Counted from the stretch's first letter, positions 17,471 through 27,712 are shown. The stretch: DNA of 33,672 nt from Clostridiaceae bacterium (GCA_012839865.1 DUMO01000007.1:1-33672); one strand, 5' to 3'. Made by a program: numbers and translations. The notes: generated from the sequence alone by a model not told the origin.

Positions 17471-19195
17471 ATGGAATCAATGGTACATAAAAGATCAAAC
17501 GGAGCAAATATCAGAAAAATTATTGCAGGAACAATAATAGCAGTTATTTTGCTGTTCTTGGGGATATCAGCCCGGATGATATATTCGGTTTTAACTTATG
17601 ACAGAATATATTCCGGAGTATATATCAACGACATTCATGCCGGCAGCATGTTTGACAGCGAGCTTGCCGACCTTCTGATGGAAACCTACCAGCGGAAGGT
17701 TGAAAACAATGTGCTTGTATTAAGGTTGGAGGGAAAAGAAGAGTCCATTTATTTTTCGGAACTTGGAATTTCCTATAACATTAAGGATGCTGTAAGCCAG
17801 GCTTTCAGCATAGGCAGGACAGGGAACCTGTTTACGAAAATTATCGATATTTCAAGGCTTGAGCGGAACAATAAAGTCATTCACATGCCAATGGAATATG
17901 ATAAATCAAGGATAGAGGAAGTTGTTGACTCACTGGCTGCAAGAACAAATCTAAAACTTATCCGGCATGAAGCATACATTGATGGAGATGAGCTTGTGCT
18001 AAAACGCGGCCAGCCTGAAATAACTGTTCAGGAGGATCAGCTCTTTCAAGCCATCGAGAAAGTGATTGAAAATTCCAGGGCAGAAAGTATTATTGACGTG
18101 CCGATAGTCAAAACAATGCCAGACCCTTTGGATGCCGAAGAAATATTCAACAGTGTTCATGTGGATCTTATGGAGCCTTTCCTCAAACTGGAGGACGGAG
18201 TTGTTGCCGCAGTAGAAGGAAAGTCGGGAGTAACAGTGGATAAGGTCGAACTGGAGTCTGCAGTTAATGAAATAAATACAGAGGGAAGAAATGAGATAAG
18301 AATCCCCCTTATTGCCCTGGAGCCCGAAGGAAAAGCGGAAGATTTGGAATCCAAACTGTTTTGTGATGTACTCTATACCGCAAGCTCAAAGTTTGATACA
18401 TCAACTGTTAATAATGCCAACAGGGCGGAAAATATCAAACTCACAACAGAGGCGATCAACGGGTTGATTCTTATGCCCGGTGAAGTATTTTCTTTCAATG
18501 ACGTGGTGGGTGAGAGGACTGCTGAAAAAGGATATAAAGATGCCCATGTATATTATGCCGGTCAGATTGTGGACGGCACCGGAGGAGGAATCTGCCAGAC
18601 ATCGAGCACCCTGTATGTTGCTGTTTTGCATGCGGGGCTGGAGGTTGTTGAGAGAGTCAATCATATGTTCACGGTGTCTTATGTGCCCTTGGGAAGCGAT
18701 GCTACCGTGTCCTGGGGCTGGCCGGACTTCAAGTTCAAAAATTCAACCAACTGGCCTATCAAAATTGAAGGCCGCATAACCGAGGAAAATGAAGTTGTAT
18801 TTACTCTCATAGGAACCAATGAGAACCCGGGCAGAGAGATTGTTATATATTCACCTATAGTAAGGACTTATAATTTTACTACCAGATATATTGACGACCC
18901 TACACTTCCCGAAGGTTATGAGGTGGTCGAAAAGTATGGTATAACAGGGTATCTGGTGGATACTTATAAAATAGTCAAGCAGGATGGAGTGAAAGTAAGC
19001 GAGGAAAAAATATATTCCAGCTACTACCAGCCTGACGAGCAGGTTGTAAGGCGAGGAACGGCACCTGCACAGAATCCGGATGAAGCAGCTCCTCCTGATT
19101 CGGAATTGCAGCAGAATGATGTTGGCTCTTCAGACTCAGAGCAGGGTGAAGCGGACACGTCCGAATCTGCACCGGAGCAAGGTGAACAGGAATAG
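17471..19195 (+). CDS. VanW-family protein (TM anchor, PG_binding_4-like, VanW, G5 domain, acidic tail)
   Basis: NRAENI, GEVFSFNDVVGERTAEKGY, GGGICQTSSTLY, YVPLGSDATV.W...DFKF; G5-like G..GY.V.TY. Start ATG 17471 behind GGAG; GTG 17462 also possible. Confidence 0.88.
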   Translation: MESMVHKRSNGANIRKIIAGTIIAVILLFLGISARMIYSVLTYDRIYSGVYINDIHAGSMFDSELADLLMETYQRKVENNVLVLRLEGKEESIYFSELGISYNIKDAVSQAFSIGRTGNLFTKIIDISRLERNNKVIHMPMEYDKSRIEEVVDSLAARTNLKLIRHEAYIDGDELVLKRGQPEITVQEDQLFQAIEKVIENSRAESIIDVPIVKTMPDPLDAEEIFNSVHVDLMEPFLKLEDGVVAAVEGKSGVTVDKVELESAVNEINTEGRNEIRIPLIALEPEGKAEDLESKLFCDVLYTASSKFDTSTVNNANRAENIKLTTEAINGLILMPGEVFSFNDVVGERTAEKGYKDAHVYYAGQIVDGTGGGICQTSSTLYVAVLHAGLEVVERVNHMFTVSYVPLGSDATVSWGWPDFKFKNSTNWPIKIEGRITEENEVVFTLIGTNENPGREIVIYSPIVRTYNFTTRYIDDPTLPEGYEVVEKYGITGYLVDTYKIVKQDGVKVSEEKIYSSYYQPDEQVVRRGTAPAQNPDEAAPPDSELQQNDVGSSDSEQGEADTSESAPEQGEQE

Positions 19196-19198
19196 CAT

Positions 19199-19232
19199 AA
19201 GCCGGATGGAGAATTCTCCACCCGGCTTTTTT
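19199..19232. terminator. Intrinsic terminator, probably bidirectional
   Basis: AAGCCGG.TGGAG / CTCCA.CCGGCTT followed by T6, between convergent genes. Confidence 0.85.
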
Positions 19233-19239
19233 AACGGTT

Positions 19240-19740
19240 TTAATATGAATCGACACTGACAGCACCGTTGTTTCTTAAAATCTCCGCAACCCTGTCTATA
19301 TTGTCTTCTTCTGTTCTCATACTGAATAACACTTTGCCCGCCCGGATATCGGTTTCATACTGTTTACTCCTTTTTTCCGGTATGCCAAGGTCCACAAGCC
19401 CGCCTACTATTCCACCTGTTACTGCACCGGATAAAAGGCCTGTGATTGGGCCTGCAGCGGCAACTATACCCAGACCCGGCACAATCATGCTTCCCGCTCC
19501 TATCAGCAGTCCTGCAAGACCTCCGAGTATTCCTCCGGTTACTACACCATCGGAAATATTGTCATTTCTGGGAGTTCCCAGTTTGTTCATTGTTGCCTGG
19601 GTACCGGTATTTCCCTGTTCATCGGATTCTTTTGCAACTATTGAAATATCATCAGTTCTAAGCCCCTGTTCCTTGATTTGCCTTGCTGATTGTTCAGCGC
19701 CATGATATGAGTCAAATATGGCAACTACGGTTTTTGACAT
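19240..19740 (-). CDS. General stress protein-like glycine-zipper membrane protein (YflT/DUF1269-like)
   Basis: TVVAIFD...A, DISIVAK, GGILGGLAGLLIGAG...PG.G...AAGP, GGIVGGLVDLGIPE. Confidence 0.75.
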   Translation of the reverse strand: MSKTVVAIFDSYHGAEQSARQIKEQGLRTDDISIVAKESDEQGNTGTQATMNKLGTPRNDNISDGVVTGGILGGLAGLLIGAGSMIVPGLGIVAAAGPITGLLSGAVTGGIVGGLVDLGIPEKRSKQYETDIRAGKVLFSMRTEEDNIDRVAEILRNNGAVSVDSY

Positions 19741-19771
19741 AGAAATCCTCCTTAGCTTTGTTTTTCTGATA

Positions 19772-19801
19772 TAGTTTTTGTTTCAAAAGTTAAGTTTATT
19801 C
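19772..19801 (-). promoter_or_regulatory. Possible SigG/SigF promoter
   Basis: Minus strand GAATA-N18-AAAACTA about 30 bp above an AGGAGG RBS. Confidence 0.5.
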
Positions 19802-20174
19802 AGCGTTAAAGAAAGATTGCACGTCGACAAAGTGAGCATCCCCATGAAATTGAATAACAAGGCTGATGAATTGAAAAAATAATGTGGTGCATTACGGCCA
19901 GGAGCTGTACCTGAAATGCTTTTTCACGAAACAATGCAAGCAGCGCCGGGGAAAAATTATGCAGGAAGTTTTACAAAAATGTAATAATTTAAAGCAATAT
20001 TATAATGTATAGTATAAGTATAATCCCGGAAAGTATTTAGAATTTCACTAGAATAAATGTCGCAGCTTTCACTGCAGTTAATGAATAAAAGGCTTATTCA
20101 AAGGTATTTTAAGCAACGGTTGTAAAATCAATATAACAATTTCTTCAATCATTAAAGCGGGGTTTTAACAAGAC

Positions 20175-20744
20175 ATGAAAAATAAGCTGTTAACCAAATT
20201 TTTCACTCTTATTTTGATTTCATTAATCACTGTAGTTACGGTAAACGCATCTCCCGGAACGGCCTTCCAGAATAAAGCAGCCAACGCCCTTGTGAAGCTT
20301 GGCATCATGAAAGGCTATGAGGATGGAAGCCTGCGTCTGGAAAATTATATTAAAAGAAGCGAGTTCATTACCCTTATTTTAAAAGCTGCATGCATTGAAG
20401 CTGAAAACAATCCGGACGGCAGGGAAATGTCGTTTAAAGACTTAAGTTCGGAGCACTGGGCTTACTATTTCATTAAAACAGCCTGGCTTAACGGCATAGT
20501 TTCAGGCTATCCGGATAATACCTTTGCCCCCGATAAAGAGGTGACTTTGCCGGAAGCGTTGCTTGCAACAATAAGGATACTCGGGTATGAACGTGAATTG
20601 ACGGGAAGCTGGCCGGATAACGTTATAAGCAAAGCAAATGAGTTGGACCTTTGCAAGAACCTGGACCTTCCAGGCAACAAGGCATTAACCCGCGGTGAAG
20701 CGGCTGTAATTATATTCAATTCTTTAACGGTTAAATTAAAATAA
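20175..20744 (+). CDS. Secreted S-layer homology (SLH) domain protein
   Basis: Signal peptide (..VNA|S), GIMKGYEDGS...IKRSEF, FKDLSSEHWA...GIVSGYPDNTFAPDKEVT..EA, LTRGEAA. Confidence 0.85.
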   Translation: MKNKLLTKFFTLILISLITVVTVNASPGTAFQNKAANALVKLGIMKGYEDGSLRLENYIKRSEFITLILKAACIEAENNPDGREMSFKDLSSEHWAYYFIKTAWLNGIVSGYPDNTFAPDKEVTLPEALLATIRILGYERELTGSWPDNVISKANELDLCKNLDLPGNKALTRGEAAVIIFNSLTVKLK

Positions 20745-20880
20745 CAGACGCAATATAATTATTTCATTGAATCTTGTATAAGCAAGCCTTCAAAGGGATA
20801 AAATTAATATACAAAAGCTTGAATAGCAGGCTGCAAGCGACTGGTACGATGTTTGAATTTGTAAAAAATTAAAAAATTGG

Positions 20881-20909
20881 TTGACAATAGTTAGTGTAAA
20901 TGCTATAAT
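20881..20909 (+). promoter_or_regulatory. rho SigA promoter
   Basis: TTGACA-N17-TATAAT with TG extension. Confidence 0.85.
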
Positions 20910-21051
20910 TCGTATGGTGTATTTGTTCACAAAACCTCCTCTATTATTTAATTCCATGAGTTGAAGGTATTGAACGGCTATTTTCTGGATGAATTAATTC
21001 CATTTAGGGTTAATAAAATTTAAATTTATATTGTATAAAAGGTGGTGCGGC

Positions 21052-22725
21052 ATGGAGGATTATGTTAATCTTGAGACCAAAAAACTGCAGGATTTGCGTT
21101 ATATAGCTAAAATAATGGGTATTAAAAGCGTAACAAAATATAGAAAAGAAGAATTGATTGATTTAATAAAAAAAGCAGCGGAAGAATCCCAGGGGGATGT
21201 TACTGAAAGAACTAAAGTTGCTGAACCGGCAGAAGCTAAAAAACGAAAACCCAGAAAGCAAAAAGAAGAAACCTTGGATGCGAATCCTGGAGAACAGGTT
21301 GAAGAAGAAACAAAAGATTTAGGTGACGAGGAGAAACCGGATGAAGATGAGGTTAAAGTAGAAACCGGGGAGATAGAAGAGGTCCGGAAAGAAAGCGAAG
21401 ATGTACTGGAAAAAACAGGTGATGCAAGCGAGGATATAGTTCAGGAAGTCAGTTCGGAAATCAAATCTGAAGATGAAAGTGACAAATCTGTTGGTACACA
21501 AGTTGAAAAGCAATATACAGACGGTGGCGAAGATGCCGGTAAACAATACTATAAACGAAATGACAGGAAAAACGGAACTTCCTTTCAAACCTTTGAAAAA
21601 ATTGAAAGCGATGAGCCCGTCGAAGGTATCCTTGAAGTTTTACCGGACGGTTACGGTTTTTTAAGAAGTGATAATTATCTTTCAGGCGCAAAGGACGTAT
21701 ATGTTTCTCCGTCCCAGATAAGAAGATTTAATTTGAAAACCGGTGATAAAATCAGAGGAAAGGGCAGGATTCCAAATGCCGGGGAAAAATTCCAGGCACT
21801 GCTTTATGTGTTGTCAGTAAACGGAGATCCACCTGAAGCTGCTGCAAAAAGAGTACCTTTTGAACAACTTACCCCGATTTTCCCGAATGAAAGAGCAAAA
21901 CTGGAAACCAACCCAAGAGAGCTTTCAACCAGATTGATAGATTTTATCGCACCTATTGGAAAAGGCCAGAGAGGAATGATTGTTTCTCCTCCAAAGGCAG
22001 GTAAGACGATTTTGCTCAAAAAGATCGCCAATGCAATAACTGAAAACCATCCGGACATGGAGCTTATCGTGTTGCTCATAGATGAGCGCCCTGAGGAAGT
22101 AACCGATATGGAAAGATCCATAAAAGGCGATGTTGTATCTTCAACTTTCGATGAACTTCCGGAACGCCATATAAAGGTGGCTGAAATGGTTCTTGAAAGG
22201 GCGAAAAGACTTGTAGAGCATAAAAAAGACGTAGTTGTGCTGCTTGACAGTATCACCAGGTTGGCAAGGGCCTACAACCTTACCATACCGCCTACGGGAA
22301 GGACATTGTCCGGAGGACTTGATCCCGGAGCCCTGCACAGCCCGAAAAGATTTTTCGGCGCAGCCAGAAACATTGAGAACGGAGGCAGCCTGACAATTAT
22401 TGCAACTGCCCTGATTGAAACAGGAAGCAGGATGGATGATGTTATTTATGAAGAATTCAAGGGAACAGGAAACATGGAAATTCATCTTGACAGAAGACTT
22501 TCTGAAAAACGAATTTTCCCTGCAATAGATATCAACAAGTCAGGTACGAGAAGAGAGGAATTGCTGCTTTCGCAGAAGGAGCTTGAAAGCGTTTACGCAA
22601 TAAGAAGAGCCATGAGCAATCTTGGAACTGCTGAAGTTACCGAAATGCTCATAAACAAGTTGATGCAAACAAAGAGCAACAAGGATTTCATCGACAGTAT
22701 AAATACGTCGTTTATGGATAAGTAG
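21052..22725 (+). CDS. rho: Transcription termination factor Rho with N-terminal insertion
   Basis: [66 protein letters not shown]. Start ATG 21052 behind AAGGTGG. Confidence 0.97.
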   Translation: MEDYVNLETKKLQDLRYIAKIMGIKSVTKYRKEELIDLIKKAAEESQGDVTERTKVAEPAEAKKRKPRKQKEETLDANPGEQVEEETKDLGDEEKPDEDEVKVETGEIEEVRKESEDVLEKTGDASEDIVQEVSSEIKSEDESDKSVGTQVEKQYTDGGEDAGKQYYKRNDRKNGTSFQTFEKIESDEPVEGILEVLPDGYGFLRSDNYLSGAKDVYVSPSQIRRFNLKTGDKIRGKGRIPNAGEKFQALLYVLSVNGDPPEAAAKRVPFEQLTPIFPNERAKLETNPRELSTRLIDFIAPIGKGQRGMIVSPPKAGKTILLKKIANAITENHPDMELIVLLIDERPEEVTDMERSIKGDVVSSTFDELPERHIKVAEMVLERAKRLVEHKKDVVVLLDSITRLARAYNLTIPPTGRTLSGGLDPGALHSPKRFFGAARNIENGGSLTIIATALIETGSRMDDVIYEEFKGTGNMEIHLDRRLSEKRIFPAIDINKSGTRREELLLSQKELESVYAIRRAMSNLGTAEVTEMLINKLMQTKSNKDFIDSINTSFMDK

Positions 22726-23151
22726 CAACCTTTCCAAAATCCAGGGCATGGTAAGCCATGATTCCCTGAACCAGGATTAAAGCGTAGGCAGCAGTGATCG
22801 TTTCTACTGATTTTTTACACAACTTTTTTTGGAAAACATAATGCTGCTGTTCATACGGCAACCGCAGAAGCAAGCCGGGTAAAAATAAAGCTGAAAAATA
22901 TAACTGCAAATTTATGCAATGCTTGCGTCTTTGAATTTTGTGTGTTAAAATAACTTTTGCTGTCTTTATAAAAATTATTGAGCAGCACAAAGCAATAAAC
23001 CCATAATATTAATAAATGCAGTGGATTTGGGGAGATTTGGACAGTTGCGTAAGACCCGAATTTTCTCAAGGAAGAAATTGTTGCTGTATTTGTTGCCATA
23101 ATTATAAATAAACTTTGAAATACATGACAATTTGAAAGAAGGTGAAGTGCA

Positions 23152-23358
23152 ATGAAAGAGAAAATCCATCCTCAGTACAATAAAGCAATTGTAAAGTGTG
23201 CATGCGGAAATACATTTGAAACCGGTTCAACTAAGAAAGCTCTTAATGTTGAAATATGCTCAAATTGCCATCCGTTTTTTACAGGTAAGCAGAAGCTGGT
23301 TGATACGGGCGGACGTGTTGAGAAGTTCAAGAAGAAGTTTGGTATTGTCAACGACTAA
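23152..23358 (+). CDS. rpmE: 50S ribosomal protein L31, zinc-binding type
   Basis: [29 protein letters not shown]. Confidence 0.97.
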   Translation: MKEKIHPQYNKAIVKCACGNTFETGSTKKALNVEICSNCHPFFTGKQKLVDTGGRVEKFKKKFGIVND

Positions 23359-23489
23359 AAATTGCAGAAAAAATTTAAAGTGTAAAATATTAAAGGAAAC
23401 ATTAATTGAAACTCCAGGGCGTCTTGAAAAGGCGCCTTATTCTTTTTCCGGAAATATTCGGCGATGGCCGGGATAGGATCGTAGGAACA

Positions 23490-23810
23490 GCCATTAGTGG
23501 TCAGGCACTTATCATGAACAATCAGCTCTAATACTGCTTTTATGGCAAGGCATAGGAAAACACAGTTTAAAATACCTTGGAATTTTAGTAATGTCCGCGT
23601 GTTTGAGCGAAGCGAGTTCGCGGAATTACTTAATTGGGCTATTTGCGAAGCAAATCCAGCCAAAAGCGAGTGGGGCTCGATGCCCCCAAGCTTTTCTTGG
23701 CAAGGTATTTTAAACTGATTGTTTTCCTTGCCGAAGGCGTACTTGCAGTATTGGAGCTGATTGTTCATGAATTACGTCAATTACATCGATAACGCCTGAA
23801 CACTAACGGT
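23490..23810. mobile_element. MITE-like palindromic element, family B (complete)
   Basis: Imperfect inverted arms 23490-23579 / 23701-23810 around a three-hairpin core; third arm copy at 4353. Repeat is seen; mobility is inferred. Confidence 0.6.
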
Positions 23811-23911
23811 TGTTCCACCGGTTGCCTGGTAATTTTATAATTCGTGGACAATAGCTTAAAATAATGATAAAATTTTTATTATAAACTTAAGGATAATTAA
23901 GGGATGATTGA

Positions 23912-24889
23912 ATGGGAAGTACAAATAAATACCAGTATGGGGGAGAAGCTCTTATTGAAGGAGTTATGATGAAGGGCAAAAAGAATATCGCCATTGCAGT
24001 CAGAAAAAGCAATGGAGAAATTCATTTAGAGAGCAGGCCCCTTAAGACGCTGTCTCAAAAGTATAAATTTCTAAAATGGCCTGTACTGAGAGGGGCCGTG
24101 GGAATGATTGAGACAATGGTTCTGGGTGTAAAGTCGCTTATGTATTCAGCTGAATTTTTTGAAGATGCCGGGGACGACAGTGAACCTTCAAAATTTGATA
24201 AATTTTTGGAAAAGGTTTTTGGGGAAAAACTGCAGGATGCAGTCATTTACTTTTCCGTGATTGTCGCATTGGCTGCAGGAATCGGCTTGTTTTTCCTCCT
24301 GCCGAATGTTCTCACCGAACTTTTTGGCATCAACAAGGACATGCCGGGAGGAACCCTCATTTCCAATCTTCTTGAGGGCAGTATCAGAATAATGCTCTTT
24401 TTGGGGTACATTGTACTGGTCTCAAAAATGAAGGATGTAAGAAGAGTATTTGAATATCACGGTGCAGAGCATAAATCCATACACTGCTATGAGAACAAAG
24501 AGGAACTGACAGTTGAGAACGTAAAAAAATATACAACCCGCCATCCAAGGTGCGGCACGGCCTTACTGTTTGTGGTCATGCTGATGAGCATACTTGTCTT
24601 TTCACTGGTGGGAAGATACAGCGTTCCGGTGAATATTTTATTGAGGCTCCTTCTTATTCCGTTAATCGCAGGTCTGTCTTATGAAGTGGTTAGATTTGCA
24701 GGAAAAAGCGATGCATTGTGGGTTAGAATAATCAGTGCCCCGGGGCTCGCACTGCAAAAGTTTACAACCAGGGAGCCGGATGCGGGACAGATGGAGGTTG
24801 CAATTGCAGCATTGAAGGAAGTAATTCAAAACGAGGAGAAAGGCGAAGAGATTAGCGAACCGACTGACAGGTGTTGTAATGACCATTAA
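23912..24889 (+). CDS. DUF1385 (YqhQ-like) membrane protein
   Basis: YGGEALIEGVMM, FEYHGAEHK, HPRCGT, LQ..TT.EPD..Q.EVAI. Confidence 0.9.
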   Translation: MGSTNKYQYGGEALIEGVMMKGKKNIAIAVRKSNGEIHLESRPLKTLSQKYKFLKWPVLRGAVGMIETMVLGVKSLMYSAEFFEDAGDDSEPSKFDKFLEKVFGEKLQDAVIYFSVIVALAAGIGLFFLLPNVLTELFGINKDMPGGTLISNLLEGSIRIMLFLGYIVLVSKMKDVRRVFEYHGAEHKSIHCYENKEELTVENVKKYTTRHPRCGTALLFVVMLMSILVFSLVGRYSVPVNILLRLLLIPLIAGLSYEVVRFAGKSDALWVRIISAPGLALQKFTTREPDAGQMEVAIAALKEVIQNEEKGEEISEPTDRCCNDH

Positions 24890-25730
24890 GGAGCTTTTGA
24901 GAAAGGGATCGCAAATATTGAAAGATGCCAGGATTGAATCCCCGGTGAGAGATGCCGGGGTTATACTTTGTCATGTTCTCAATTGCGGCAGATTGTATCT
25001 ATATACCCATGAAGACAACGTCCCGGACGAGACATATATAAAAACATATATAAACCTGATACAGGAAAGGGCATCAGGAAAACCGCTCCAGTACATTACA
25101 GGAGTAAACGAATTTATGTCGCTTCCAATTTTGGTAACTCCGGATGTTCTTATACCAAGACCTGAAACTGAAATTCTTGTTGAAAAGGTAATTGCATATT
25201 TGAAAAAAATAAATGAGCCAAAGACAAACATACTGGATATGGGCACCGGATCCGGGTGCATTGCTGTAAGTATTGCAAGGTATGTTGAAAATTGTTTTGT
25301 TACCGCAGTGGACATTTCAAGCGATGCCCTTTCAATAGCCTATTTCAATGCAATGGATTTAGGTTTTACTGACAGGATATCTTTTATAAAAAGCAACTTG
25401 TTCGAAAAGGTGGAAAAAACACAGTATTTTGATGTGATAGTGTCCAACCCGCCGTATATTCCGTCATGTGAAATTGAATCTCTTCAAAGGGAAGTCAGGG
25501 ACTATGAACCCGAAATAGCGCTTGACGGTGGAGCAGACGGGCTTTTTTACTATAAAAGGATAATTGATGAAAGCCCGAAATTCTTGAAACCAGGAGGCAT
25601 GCTGGCTTTTGAGGTGGGCATAAACGAAGCCCTGGCGGTTGTTGACTTTATGAAAAAAATGTTTTGCAATATTGAAATAGAAAAGGATTTAGCCGGAATT
25701 GACCGTGTCGTATCAGGATTCTTAAGATAA
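24879..25730 (+). CDS. prmC: Release factor glutamine methyltransferase
   Basis: G.PLQYI.G, VLIPRPETE.LV, LDMGTGSGCIA, VSNPPYI, ALDGG.DGL. Confidence 0.95.
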   Translation: MTIKELLRKGSQILKDARIESPVRDAGVILCHVLNCGRLYLYTHEDNVPDETYIKTYINLIQERASGKPLQYITGVNEFMSLPILVTPDVLIPRPETEILVEKVIAYLKKINEPKTNILDMGTGSGCIAVSIARYVENCFVTAVDISSDALSIAYFNAMDLGFTDRISFIKSNLFEKVEKTQYFDVIVSNPPYIPSCEIESLQREVRDYEPEIALDGGADGLFYYKRIIDESPKFLKPGGMLAFEVGINEALAVVDFMKKMFCNIEIEKDLAGIDRVVSGFLR

Positions 25731-25738
25731 GTCTTATT

Positions 25739-25764
25739 AGGGCATAGAGTTGATTATGCCCTTT
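25739..25764 (+). terminator. Hairpin after prmC
   Basis: AGGGCATA / TATGCCCT stem with short U-run. Confidence 0.55.
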
Positions 25765-25930
25765 CAACAATTACCGGCTGATGATTGAAATGACTTTGGA
25801 AAATTGATGGCAGTTTGATACATTTTGAATATCATGCTTAAGAAGCAACAGATACTTTTGTGGCATCAACCAGTATAAAAATTCAGAGAAATATTTTTAA
25901 TTTTTACCTTCCCGTAAAAATGCATTTCGT

Positions 25931-25948
25931 TTGTTAAATTGTATACAA
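25931..25948. promoter_or_regulatory. Possible Rex-like operator upstream of rnf
   Basis: TTGTTAAATTGTATACAA versus TTGTTAA-N4-TTAACAA (2 mismatches); AT-rich context. Confidence 0.3.
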
Positions 25949-26123
25949 TGTTCAATCTACAACCCTGAAAATACAGTACTTTTAAGGCTTTGAGCCAAAT
26001 GTAGATACAATAAATTTTTATTTTTTATTTATTTTTATATCATGTTGTGTTATTATAGTTAGGGTGTCTGACATTTAATAATAATCCTACTGAAAAAAAT
26101 ATACAAAATTGTATAGGTACGGG

Positions 26124-26275
26124 CTGATGCTTAAAAAATAGAATCGTAAAAAATACGCTGTTAAACACAGTGAGTGTTGCATGAGGGAATTCACGATTTG
26201 ATTTTTAAGCACCAGTTTTTGTACGAAAATAAAAACACTGAATGGTAATACACAACATGTTATAACCATTCAGTG
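26124..26275 (+). other. Structured leader upstream of rnfC (two long stem-loops)
   Basis: 26124-26147 pairs with 26193-26215, followed by a U-run; 26236-26250 pairs with 26261-26275. Confidence 0.6.
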
Positions 26276-26337
26276 CGTGCAAGTTTGTATTGCTCATACT
26301 TTAACTTGCATAAATTGTGAGAATGGAGACGAGGCGC

Positions 26338-27684
26338 ATGTTTGTAAAAAAGTCGTTTAGCGGCGGTGTGGAAGTCCCGCATTTTAAGAACACCGAAAAT
26401 ATTCAAACTGAAAAGATTGGCGTTCCTGACGAAGTTATAATTCCCATGCAACAGCATAGTGGGGCTCCTTGCAAGCCAACTGTCAAAGAAGGGGAGCCTG
26501 TAAAGGTGGGTCAGGTAATCGGGATATCCGAAAGTTTTATTTCCGCACCCATACATTCAAGTGTTTCAGGAACGGTTGCAGATATCAGTTCCATGATATT
26601 CCCGGATGGGCGTTATGTTGCAACGGTTGTCATAAAAGCCGATGGGAAACAGGACATCCATGAAGATGTAAAACCTCCGATATGCACAAATAAAGAAGAA
26701 TTTATTGAGGCTGTCAAAAACTCAGGCCTTGTGGGGCTTGGAGGAGCAGGTTTTCCTGCACATGTTAAACTTAATCCCCCCAAGGATAAAAATATTGACA
26801 CCCTTATTATAAATGCAGCGGAATGTGAACCTTTTATTACTTCCGACTACAGGGAGATCATGGAAAACTCTGCTGATATAATGGACGGAATAGATGCAGT
26901 TACCAAGTTTATCGGCGTGAGTAATGTCATTATCGGGATTGAAGACAACAAGCCGGAAGCAATTTCATTACTTAAAAAGCTGGCTGCAGGGAAGAAAGGT
27001 ATAGATGTCAAAGCCCTGAGAACCCGTTATCCCCAGGGAGCAGAGAAGATGCTCATTTATGCCCTTACCGGCAGGAAAGTGCCTCCCGGAAAGCTTCCAA
27101 TGGATGTAGGGGTTATAGTAATGAATATTACCAGTGTCGGCTTTGTTGGAAGATATTTAAAAGATGGAATGCCCCTTATCAAGAAGCGTGTCACTGTTGA
27201 TGGTTCCGCAGTCAACAGGCCTTCCAACGTGGAAGCCCTTATCGGAACAAAACTGTCGGATGTGTTTGATTTCTGTGGCGGGTTCAAAACTGAACCCTTT
27301 AAAATAATCATGGGCGGGCCAATGATGGGAATTGCCCAGTATACTCTTGATGCACCTGTTATGAAATATACAAATGCATTACTGGCTTTTGATAAAACCT
27401 TTGGCAATGTACCTCCTGAAACAGCATGCATCAGGTGCGGACGCTGCTACAGGGCATGTCCGGTGAACCTTATGCCTCTCCATATCAATAGGGCAGCGCT
27501 TGTTGAAGACATGGATGCTCTTCACAAATATCATACGATGGATTGCATAGAATGCGGCTGCTGCGCTTACAGCTGTCCTGCCAGGATACCTTTGGTTCAA
27601 TCAATCCGGCTTGGCAAGACTCTGATAAAAAAAGCACAGGCCAAGGCTAAAAAGGATGAGAGTCAAAAAGACGTTAAAAGTTAA
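26338..27684 (+). CDS. rnfC: Rnf complex subunit C
   Basis: PM.QH.GAP, GLVGLGGAGFPAHVK, NAAECEP, YPQGAE, MGGPMMG, CIRCGRC..ACP and CIECGCC...CP. Start ATG 26338. Confidence 0.95.
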   Translation: MFVKKSFSGGVEVPHFKNTENIQTEKIGVPDEVIIPMQQHSGAPCKPTVKEGEPVKVGQVIGISESFISAPIHSSVSGTVADISSMIFPDGRYVATVVIKADGKQDIHEDVKPPICTNKEEFIEAVKNSGLVGLGGAGFPAHVKLNPPKDKNIDTLIINAAECEPFITSDYREIMENSADIMDGIDAVTKFIGVSNVIIGIEDNKPEAISLLKKLAAGKKGIDVKALRTRYPQGAEKMLIYALTGRKVPPGKLPMDVGVIVMNITSVGFVGRYLKDGMPLIKKRVTVDGSAVNRPSNVEALIGTKLSDVFDFCGGFKTEPFKIIMGGPMMGIAQYTLDAPVMKYTNALLAFDKTFGNVPPETACIRCGRCYRACPVNLMPLHINRAALVEDMDALHKYHTMDCIECGCCAYSCPARIPLVQSIRLGKTLIKKAQAKAKKDESQKDVKS

Positions 27685-27712
27685 ATGAATTAAATGAAAT
27701 AGAAGGATACCT

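Noticed and set aside
21180..21612. Classical N/Q-rich prion domain in Rho
   Set aside because: Composition is dominated by E, D and K, not N and Q.
23355..23768. 137-aa minus-strand ORF
   Set aside because: It spans the palindromic element, is antisense to the operon, and has no recognisable RBS or domain; probably a chance open frame.
25730..26337. FMN or other known riboswitch before rnf
   Set aside because: The RFN consensus segments are absent; reported only as an unassigned structure.
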